Positions 1 to 10,520 of a stretch of 64,000 nucleotides of DNA are shown in pieces. Below the pieces are notes generated by a model. It was not told the DNA's origin, searched no databases, and saw only the letters and a list, made by a program, of their open reading frames with translations. The stretch's first letter is position 1; the number at the start of each line of letters is the position of its first letter. Both the position numbers and the translations under genes were made by a program. This stretch comes from Felis catus (Eukaryota): NCBI RefSeq assembly GCF_018350175.1, contig NC_058370.1, forward strand, positions 124,124,001-124,188,000. Direction: 5' to 3'.

Positions 1-3000
1 CACCTTTGAATTACCCCCATCTTTCTGGACTATTGCCATTTGTGCTTTGTGGAGACTATGCCTGCCATTCCCACTGTGGACATTCCAGCATCCTCAATCC
101 CAGAACCACTGGATGAACTGGGAAGCAAGGACATCAGGGATGTGGAGGCCTCACCTGACCTCTGGATCAGTGTCCATTTGGGGGAGGAGGTGTTGCCTCT
201 GATCACATGCTCAGGAAACTCTGAGGAGATTCATACACTGGGTCAGTCTCTGCCCTCCTCTTTTCTCCTACTGGACCAAAAGCCTCTAAGCCTGGAAAAG
301 AAAGGAGTGGATCTCCAAGTAAAGATAGCATACATCTGTGGAGTGACAGAAAATGTCTTCACTCCCTGGAGATAGCACAATGGTTCTTCCACTCACCTTT
401 GCTCCCTCAGATCCAGCCCTGTCCTGCCACCACCCTCTCTCTCCAATCTGCACTCTATGTAATATTCCTGCTGAGTTTCTGAAGCTGAGCTATTGCAGCC
501 TCCAATCTGCTCACAAAGTTTTTGATATCTCCGGTGCCCCATGCAGTTTTTGCAACAGCTCAGACATGTAAATAGGGCTTTTTTGTTATCTCTACTTACA
601 AATGAGTAACCATGTCTCCATGGAGAGCTTAGGTGACTGGTCTAAACACACAGCGTTCCTCACTCCAGTCAGGTACTCTTTATAATTTCTTTAAAACTTC
701 CATTAGACCAGGACCCCCACTGTGGTGCCCAGAAACACTATAGTGTGAGCTTGTAATGCTGCCAGTGGGAAAAAAATAAAAGTAAAAAACTTACTTTTTG
801 AAGATTATATTCATCTGTCCGTGTTTGTCAAAGTCCATCTGTTATTCTCTACCTCCAGAGCACAAGCAAAAACCCAGTTCACTGGAAGCCTGTCAACAGC
901 TTCCTCTGAGGTTTTGGAGATTTCCTGGGGACATTTCCACCCGCTCACACATAAAGGTCAACCAAGGCTCCAAGAGAAAGAGCAATTCTTTTTTAAAAAG
1001 ACTCCCTGGCAAACATTTTGGTCCCTGTTTATTTTGCCAGACTTGCCTTTAACTCTTCAGGTACAATCTCCTCAAAAAGAAGATTTGAATCTGACAAAGG
1101 GAGATACATTCAGCTTTACCCTTGGCTCTAAATTGCCTGAGAGACGTGGCCATACAGAGATGTTCCTGATTAGTCAAGGAAATTGGTGGGTGGGTGGGGC
1201 CTCACCATCCACAGCTGTGATCAGCAGCAGCTGAAATGATGCACATTTTGGTCTCAAAAGATTAACGTTTTCCTTTAAATTTGGTTATAGTACGTCACTC
1301 CATGTTGTATCTTTAGCCATACTGGACCAGCCAAAACTCAAGGCCCTATGGGGTACCCCATGTTGAAAACCAGTAAGTTCACATTCCTCTCACCCTCTTC
1401 CATTATAGTTTCCTGCACCTATAAACAAATGCAGCATCATTCAGAATTAGCAGAGATGATTTATAGGGCATGCACACCTTATTCCCTATTAAGGAAAAAA
1501 CTCTCTTCATTTTTGTTTGATGACTCTTAAGGCCCAATTAGAATTTTGTTTTGGATAATGGATGTGTTCTTGGAAGTGTGTGGGTAAATCACTTTCTGTA
1601 CGTGTGACTCTAACCCTACCTGAAATGTGCTCTTTAAAAAAGCTCAGCTCTGAGCCTTTTAACAAAGAGAGGATCTCTGGTGCAAATTGAAGAATGAACT
1701 TTCATCTTTATTAACTCAAGATGGTCAGACCCAGGGCTACCCTTGTCCCAAGGGGCAGGAAACAACCTCACCTCAAAATGCCCAGGACTGGGCTCTTTCT
1801 TCACCTGCTTTATCCTGGGGCAAAATAGGTCAGGTGGCCTAATTCTTTTGTTACTTTCTCTCCTTTCTTCTCTGTGATCCTGTCCTATAATTTCAATTTC
1901 TTAGGACCCACATACCATTCCTGCTCCAAAGGAAGAGGTAATGTGGGCCACTTACCCCAACACAACAATCAGACCCTTAGCTCCCTCTTCAGAGGTATCA
2001 GGATTCCCACCCTCCATCCCAGCTAGGGAAGAAGAGGCTCTATGGCCTAGGAAGGGGTTTTGAGCCTTCTTGTATGAGCAGAAGGGGGAAGACTGCCTGA
2101 GGACAGGGGACAATAAAGGAGACCATTAGCCTGTTCTCTCTGCAGGTAAGAATAACCCCAGAAAGGGCTGCCTTAAGACAAGAGGGGACACTCTTAAAAC
2201 GCTGCCTGGAATTGGGTGCTGAACACCTGCCAGACAGAACCAGGGGTCAGGAGTAGGAGCTGGAAGAAAGCAATTCTATGTTGAGCATCCAACATACTCC
2301 AGAGCAAGGCTTTTTCTGGCCTTCTTCGGCGAAGAGCGGGAAATTCTGGGTCCCTGTGTGACATCTACGTCTTTGTCAAGGCTCACTGGAGAGGTGCCAT
2401 CTGTGAGCTGGGAATTCATGGAGGTCACTACTGCCCCACGCGAGAGGCACAATGTGAGATCGACCCAGCCAGGAAAAGCAGGAGTTGGGAAGGAAGCTGC
2501 ACAGCTCTTGATATTCAACCCGAACACTTGGAAAATGACCCATCATCTTTGCCTTAAACTTTTCCATACGCACAACATTATTAGAATTTCTCCTTAACTA
2601 CACAAATCATCCTCAGGATCCGGGACAGCTGGACGAAAAAATGTTTTGCTCCCCACCCTTTCCCTTGAGTTCCTATAATGAAGGTGCTTAGTTAACACAA
2701 ATTACCAGCTTTGCTTTTTACTTTTCTGACAGATGAGCAAACATAAAACCATCATCAGTATAGAGGCCTGGCTGACCAAATCCGTTTCAATTATCCATCA
2801 CCAGGGCAGAATTCTCTTGCTGAGATGGGAAGACACAGATGGAGATTTCCGGGTTGCACTATTAGCTCAGTAAGCAGCCTGTTTCATGTTCATCACAGGA
2901 GTATAAGAAAGCCTTAAATATAAATCAAACTATGGAGTTGGGGTATCTTATTAGAAAGCACATAACAAGAAAAACACTGTTTTACTCAGACGAATTAGGA

Positions 3001-3079
3001 GAGATCAAGAATATAGTTGAAAGAGCCCTGGCGTTGTAGGGGCAGGAGACCTAAGTTCTCACCCCAGCCAACCACCTAT

Positions 3080-3165
3080 TCTCTGTATGGCCTTGACATG
3101 TTCTTGACACATTCCAAGCCTCAGTTTACTCATCTGTGTTATAAAGAGGTGGACTTAATCAGTAA
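3080..3165 (+). mobile_element. MIR fragment
   Basis: Contains the MIR core-like 'aagcctcagtttactcatctgtg' in degenerate context. Confidence 0.55.
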
Positions 3166-3261
3166 GTCATATCACATGCTCTGGGCCCTAGAGACCAAAG
3201 TTACATTATGGATTTCAGAAATATTTTATTTCAAAATTTTCTATTTTAAAAATATTTTTTA

Positions 3262-3480
3262 GGGGCACCTGGTTGGCTCAGTCAGTTGAGTCCAACTTTG
3301 GGTCAAGTCATGATCTCACAGTTCATGAGTTCAAGCCCCATGTTGGGCTCTGTGCTGACAGCTCAGAACCTGGAGCCTGCTTCAGATTCTGTGCCTCCCT
3401 CTCTCTCTGCCCCTCCCCTGCTCATGCTCTGTGTGTGTGTGTGTCTCTCTCTTGAAAATAATAAACATTAAAAAAAAATT
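3262..3480 (+). mobile_element. Can-SINE (felid type)
   Basis: tRNA-derived head ggggcacctggttggctcagtc, CT-rich tract, A-tail. TSD aaatatttttta at ~3250-3261 and 3483-3494. Confidence 0.95.
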
Positions 3481-4379
3481 TTAAATATTTTTTAAAGTTT
3501 GAGATTATAAAATAAATACCTTTGTCAAGTTGATTTATTATTCATTCACTTATTATAAGTGTGAAATTTTACAATAAATATATTTCTCAATGTGATTTAC
3601 TTAATTTTGTTAATCAATAATAAATACCAATATATTCCTAAAATAATGCTCTGTCTGCTCGGGTAGCTTAAGGTTCCATATAAAATTTCACTTGAGAAAA
3701 ATGGCTCCAGTCCTTTACAAATTTTTAAAACCACTAGACTAATTATCTCTAATTTTCCTTCCAGCAAGAGGATACTTTATTCAAATCCTTCTCTGGGGAT
3801 AGGAGAATTGTATGACTTCAGGAAGTTTCTGGCTTAATCAGAACATTCATAAGAAAAACAAACAAACAAACTTGATTCCCGCATCTACAAATTTCCCTGA
3901 AGAGTTCCTGTGCTCCTTCTCCACGGTGGAGGAGTCCTGTTGAAGCAGATTTCAAGGCAACCGTAGTAAGTAGTGCGAGCCCATGCTCCAGTCTGTAACT
4001 GTGCAAGACACAGCACGAGAAACATGGGTTCCCCGCCATGGACCTCACAGCCTGGTTGCAGAGACTTACCTGTGAATGGCTGACAATGGCATAGGCAGAA
4101 CGTGGTCAGGGAGTGAGAAGAAGCCTAACCTTGTCTGACTACTCTGTTCCAAATGCTGTAGCAGGCATGACACACAAACCATTTTATTTATTCCATTTAT
4201 TGCTAATGCATTGTTATTGCAATGTTTTTTCTTTCCAACAGATAAGGAAATCAAGATGGCTCGTTACCCAGGCAGTGCGTAGCAGAAGCAGGTGTCAGAT
4301 TGTCACCACCCTTCACCCCCAAACAGCTTCCAGTCGGTGGTGGGCAGCATCATAAGCCCTCAGAGTGGGGAGGGGAATC

Positions 4380-4580
4380 CATGCAGATCATGGCAGTTAG
4401 GGAAGGCTGCAAGGAAGAGCTACCATGTAAGTTGGATCTTGCAAGATGAGGGGAAATTCTCCAGGAGGTAAAGAGAGGAAAAATTTCCCAAGTTTCTCAG
4501 GTGGCAGAGAGCATCTTATGTAACAGGGATGAGAAGTGTGGGTGAGAACACAGGGATAAAGCAGGTAGGGTGGTGACCTA
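4380..4580 (-). mobile_element. L2 fragment (degenerate)
   Basis: Purine-rich stretch resembling antisense L2 3' region (e.g. 'gttggatcttgcaagatgag'). Confidence 0.4.
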
Positions 4581-7287
4581 GGAGCAGAGCAGAGCTCCCC
4601 AGGGCTAGAGACTCAGCCTGGAACTCCAAGCTTCATGCCACCCTGTGCCGCCAGCCTCATCTTCCTCCACTCTGGCACAAGGACCCTAGCAGCCAGCAAT
4701 TCAGGCTATCCTCTGTGCTTTTGTGTCCCCTCCTCCATCCACCTGGCCAACTCCTTTCTAGCCCACTCCTGGGAAAGTCTTTCCTATCCTTCCAGACCTT
4801 GCCAAAGACCATCTGCTAGATGCACCCATTCCTGATCCCCCTCAACCAGATGCAATGTCTCTTACTTCTTAATACCCACAGTTCTTTTATTGGTTCAAAG
4901 CTGTGCCTCAGTGGATGAACACACAGTGAATGTTTCTCGGCAAGAAACATTCTCTGGGAGAGATACTGAAATGGCGGCTGGGGTATCAGCCTCAGTAATA
5001 TCTCTACATCAACTTCACATTTCAACAACCAAAAACCTCCAGCCCCTGCTCCTTGTAGCTCTAGACTCCAGAGTCCCTCCCCGCTGGAACTGTGGAGCCA
5101 GGCGTGGCCCTTGTAGCCTGCTCCAACTCTTCTGTCTGCATTTACAGGACATTTCCTGGGCCCTTGACATAGAAATGGCTCTATGGCACCATGGTGGCCC
5201 CGAGCACCTAGGAGGCGCCGACAAGTGTTTGCTGAACCTGACGGAACTCTAGTCCCAGCTTTTCCCGGGATATTCCTCTCCTGTGCATTATGCATCTTTT
5301 CAAGCAACTCAGGAACCTCTGACAATAACCGTATTAGTAACATGCAGGAAACTGTCATCTTCAGATTAAACGTAAAGTTAATTTTTCTCAATGTTTCTCC
5401 CAGCAAAAAAGGTTTTCATTGTCACCACTGTTTCCAGACAATTGCCCAACAGTTTCAGTCTGCCTTTCAGACCGAAGGCCCGGCTCAGACCACACAGCAC
5501 AGCTGTCCTCACCTGAGCCTCTGCTCCTGTATTCCCTCAGCTCTCCGGCTCCACCACCCAGCCTCCAGGCATCTACCCTCCTGGGAAATCTGCAGACCAA
5601 ACTGCTGTTTGAGTCCTCTCCATCCTAATAAATTCCATCTTGCTGGCCAACTTCTTGCATGAGCTCTGTCCCTAAATGGGGGTCTGAGGGTAGAGTGAGT
5701 ACTTTCTCTTTCTCTAAGGTCCCCATGGCCTGGCAGAGAACTGGGCTCTCGGAAGTGCTCAACAGAGTCTCATCCTACAAGCTCTATTTCCTGTGCAGAC
5801 GTGGAGCTGGAGCCCAGACCTCTCTTGGCCTGGCCCTGAGGGAAGCATTCAGAACAACCCTCCAAAACAAAGCCTGGCCTTGGAGGCCAGCTCGGCATGC
5901 ACAGAACATCAAATGGCTGGACATGAAAGGGCTGAGGAGGATGCTTGCTGGAGAGGCACTTAGCCCGGAAAACCTGAAACCATCTACTTGACTGAGGGCC
6001 GCTAACCACAGCTTCAATGAATGATTAATGATTATGGCCAGAGCTTATTGCAAACAGGCATGTGACAGCAGAGCCACTACCCACCCGCAGGACCTGCCCG
6101 TGTGATTGATGAGCCACCGAGGGGTGCAGAGGGGCTGCAGGGGGAATGGGCCGGCTCAGCCTGCAGCTGCCAGGGAGCACCCATCCTTGGGGGGAGCTGG
6201 AGGGACACCAGTGTTTCTGTTCTGGGTGGCGGGCTTATCTCATGTCATACAAGACAACCTGCACTGACCATCCACCTAGGTGATGAGGAGAGGGCACAAG
6301 GGGCCTGGGCTAAACTCTGATGAGGACAGAGGTGCCAAAATGGATGATATGTGGCCCCCGGCCTTGCAGTGTCTCTATCCAGAGTTGTGCATCAAGAAAT
6401 AAAACTCTAGTTCCAGAACCACGAGAGAGTGCAAGGTGCTTCAAGAGACAACTGAGGGCTCTGTGTGGACAGAGCAGGCTGTGTGGCCCAAGACACCTCC
6501 TCCAGTCCTCCCACCACTGCTGCCAGCCAGAGACCACTTCCCTGAACCTGAAGTCACTTTCAACAGGATTCATAAATGAGAGAAGAGGTAGCTGAAGTTC
6601 CTACTCTCATGCTTTCTCTGTCCTTCACCAAAGAGGTAAGTTAGCCTTGTGTCCCCACCCTCTCTACCCCTCTCAACCTGCACCCTCTAGAATGGCCAAA
6701 CCAGGGTTTCTATGTCCCCTTCCAGAGCCTCCTCAGTCAGAAGGCAGGTCCTGACTCAGACACATAGAATCGGTACAGACCCGCGGATTCCTTGAGCACA
6801 GACTGTGGGATCTGGCAAAGGCACAGCCCCTGCCTTCAGGAGTTTGTAGCCTCATTAGCGAGGCAAGCTTGCCTTGCGTGAAACACAGACAGAACAAAGC
6901 ATAGCCCCCAAACATGCTGCCAAGAGAGAGTGAGGAAAGGGAGAGTGACGTTGAGTTGAGAGGCCATTGAGGGTGGCCAAGGAATCTGAGAAGGGCCTGT
7001 GGGGCCCCATGGGCTGCAGGCCTCTTCCCCAGCAGAGCCACTGTCCAGTCTGGACCATCTCAGTGCCCAAGCCTACCACTTCCGACCAGGGTCTCCAGAA
7101 GCACCTCTGAGCAGACCTGGGGCAGTGGCAGCAAGTAAGCTCAGCAGGGACCTGTGAGCTGGCTCTGAGATGACCCAGAGAGCCGGCTGGAAGCCCAGGA
7201 CGACCCTTGTGGGGGCCTGGCCGCTCTGCAGACTCTGGCTCCGTTTCATCTTAATACACTCCTGCGTGTACCTGACATTGGATACTC

Positions 7288-7572
7288 NNNNNNNNNNNNN
7301 NNNNNNNNNNNNNNNNNNNNNNNNNNNNNNNNNNNNNNNNNNNNNNNNNNNNNNNNNNNNNNNNNNNNNNNNNNNNNNNNNNNNNNNNNNNNNNNNNNNN
7401 NNNNNNNNNNNNNNNNNNNNNNNNNNNNNNNNNNNNNNNNNNNNNNNNNNNNNNNNNNNNNNNNNNNNNNNNNNNNNNNNNNNNNNNNNNNNNNNNNNNN
7501 NNNNNNNNNNNNNNNNNNNNNNNNNNNNNNNNNNNNNNNNNNNNNNNNNNNNNNNNNNNNNNNNNNNNNNNN
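7288..7572. other. N-run (285 nt) in non-repeat flanks
   Basis: Directly visible run of N. Confidence 0.99.
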
Positions 7573-8679
7573 AATGCTGGACTTGCCATCATGATCAAAT
7601 ATGTTTTCACAGGTGCAGCAAATATTCAGTTTTCATTTCTCTCTCCAACTGTTGAAAATATAAACCATGCTTTCTAGTTCGTAGCTGGGTAACATTGCCT
7701 TCCCTCCACATGGCAGCCATTATTGCAGACTTACTACCCCACCGTCTTTCTTTCCCCATACTCCTCCTAAAGTTGCTTAGTAATGAAAACACAGGCTTCT
7801 GTGGGGGCCCCTCGACATAGGCTCTTTTGGCTTAGGCTGGGCACTGTGTCCCCTTTTCCTCCATCCTTGTGGCACTTATATCCTGTTGATTAGGGACTGA
7901 GTTGCAAAAACCATTTGAAGGAAACAGTACTTGTTTGAAACAAGTGGGACCTTGTTTGAAAGGCAGTGGGACCTTGGCTTCACTGTAGACCACCCCCCAC
8001 CCCCAGCCATGGGGCACACATGCCCACTCCTTCCCACTCAGTGACAGTTCTATTCAGACGAGGAACAGCTTTAACATGGACTGGAGCTTCAGGAGAGAGT
8101 CCAGGCTTTATCTGCGTTCAGCTCTCCCAGAATCAGAAATCCCAGGACCCATGGAGCAAGACCATTAACAAAGCAGCCAAGGTTGCATGAGCCAAGGAAG
8201 GTGCTGGCCCGTGGCCAGTGGGAGCTCATTGAGACCCAGGAGCCTGGAGAAAGACTCCAACTGGGTAAGCTCCTAGGTAAAACCACAAGAGGAGGCTGAG
8301 GAAGCCCAACTATAAGCTGGCCAGGCTTGTGTCTGCTTAACTCACCCAGTGGCTCCCCATTGCCAGAAGCAAGGTCCCTGCCTATCTCTTTCATTTCATT
8401 CCTGGCCACCTCCACCCCAGTCCCCTAACAAACATACAAAACAAAGATGTAATGGGGATGGAAAGACAAAAGGTCAAGGGGTGGGGGTGAGAAAGAGGGT
8501 TGTGGGACATGGGACAGGTTGAGAGTTGGACCAGTTTAAGGAAAGTCTTGTGCTTGGCTAATGGATTTTATGCTATAGACAATAAGGAGCTTTTCTTTCT
8601 TCTTTTTTTCTTTTTTCTTTTCAATTCTCACTTTAATTCTTGGCATATTAAAAAAAAAAAGCCCAATCCTGAGCTGTGG

Positions 8680-8870
8680 ACATTAAAAATGTGAAACAAT
8701 GAATGCAACCATTCAGAGTAGTATAACCCAAAAACAACCTCAGTAATACAAAATTTCCTTCTCATGCTTTTAAAATGTTTACATCTAAACGCTCACCATT
8801 CTAAACAACTAAACTATATATAAACTTCCTTTTGTGGTGAGGAACATTTATATGTTTATCCGTTGTAAAG
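8680..8870 (-). mobile_element. Old L1M 3' fragment
   Basis: Resembles antisense 3' UTR of ancient L1 ('ttgtggtgaggaacatt'). Confidence 0.45.
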
Positions 8871-9759
8871 CTAAAAGGGCCCCCAACCAATTCTGCTCCC
8901 TGGATAACACAATGCTAATAAATAATGAGGAGCTTTTGAAGGGATTTGAAAATTCAATAGATACGTCCAGATTTGTGTTTTAGAAATAAAGTTTACTTGG
9001 GATTTAGTGTAAAGAAGAGGTGTTTGGGACACAGCCCTGAGCAGGCAGAGGCTAGTAGGGCACAGAGTAATAGAGGCAGGTGTGTTGAGCTGGTGTGAAG
9101 GCCACAGCAGGACACCTTCTCCCCTATGCAACCCAGGAATGGCCACAGTAGGTGTTCAGTAGAGCTTCCTCAGGAATGTCACTGATTACCTGGGTTCTCA
9201 GTACACACAGGTGCAGACCCCTGCTCTTCTGTGCCCAAGGAACCCCCAGTATCCTCAGCCTCACCTTCTCTCAGGCCCTGAATCTGTTTGGCCCATGACC
9301 TGGAGACCTGCTGATTCTTGCAGGGGCTAGCCTAGGGAGGTACCAGCCTAAACCCTTCCCCCTCACCTACCCCATACTCACCACCATAAAAGCCCTGAAA
9401 CCTGAAACAGCATCCTCCTGGATAAGGTTTCAAAACTCCATTGAAAGATTACAGAAAGTTACAGACAGGCAGTTCAGGGAAAGGAAACCATAACAGCTCA
9501 CTCTCAGGGTGCTTTTCAGAGCAGATATGGCATGGGCACTGACCAAAAGAACAGACTGTCTGAATCACGGGGGCAGGGGCAGGGAGGTCCCCTGGGGTGC
9601 TAGACACCCCTGTGGATACTGGATTATGGGGAGATCCAGGGGGTCCCAGTGGAGGGGATGAGTTGGTTGGGCCAGGTGTTGGGGAGCATTTGGGGGTTCA
9701 AGCATTGGCTATTTTAACATCCGGTTCTAACTGGCTGAATCAGCTTTACTAATGGGCAC

Positions 9760-9832
9760 ATAAAGACATTTTCAAACTCACCAGTAATCAAGGAAATGCA
9801 AATCAAAACAGCAATGAGATACCACTTTCTCA
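9760..9832 (+). mobile_element. Old L1 ORF2 3' fragment
   Basis: 'gtaatcaaggaaatgcaaatcaaaacagcaatgagatacca' encodes the L1 ORF2 motif EMQIKTxMRYH. Confidence 0.8.
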
Positions 9833-10149
9833 ATTCACATTGCAGGGAGATGTATGCCCAGATTCCCATTCAAGAAAGGACTTGCTTCCTACCTTCAAGG
9901 TTCAGGTTTGGCCTCAGCTGTCATGGGCACAGTGGGAAAGAAAGGCCTGACCACTTCAGCCCAGCACATGACGCTGATGGGCAACATTCACTTCACAACT
10001 TCATGCAGGGTCGGCCATGACTTGCCCAGGCTTCCCCAGGCCCACATCACAGCTCAGCCTCTCCCTCTACTCAATCTTACTCCTTCCTCCTTCCCTTATA
10101 GGTGTCGATCCCTAATAAATACCTTCTTACTCACCAAACTCCATCATGG

Positions 10150-10520
10150 TGCCTGTTGCTGGAAAATCCAGCCTGCAAAACAAGGAAAGTCAATTCACAC
10201 ACTGTGCTAGTGATAGAATACGCTGGCAGAGCCACCTTAAAGAGAAATCTGACAATACTTAGTGTGCATGCTCCTTCAACCTCAGCCCTCCTGTGCCTGC
10301 ATGTCTACTCCAGAGAGGCTCACTGACCCATCCACATGGACAGGGGGCCAAGGGTGGCCAGTGCAAGACAGGTTAAGGGCAAGGGAGCTGTCACCAGGGA
10401 AATGGGTGTATAACTGTAGCAAACACCCAATGTTGGGATCCCATGCAACTGAATGTATTTGTATATAGCAACACGTGGAGTTCTCACACACAGCATTGGG
10501 TGAAAAACAGAAGCAGAACC
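10150..10520 (+). mobile_element. Ancient L1ME-like 3' fragment
   Basis: Degenerate similarity to L1ME 3' region; collinear with the 9760 fragment. Confidence 0.4.

Noticed and set aside
2276-2330. MYBL2 (B-Myb) pseudogene
   Set aside because: Only a short basic motif is similar; neighbouring sequence and codons do not match, so it is not called.
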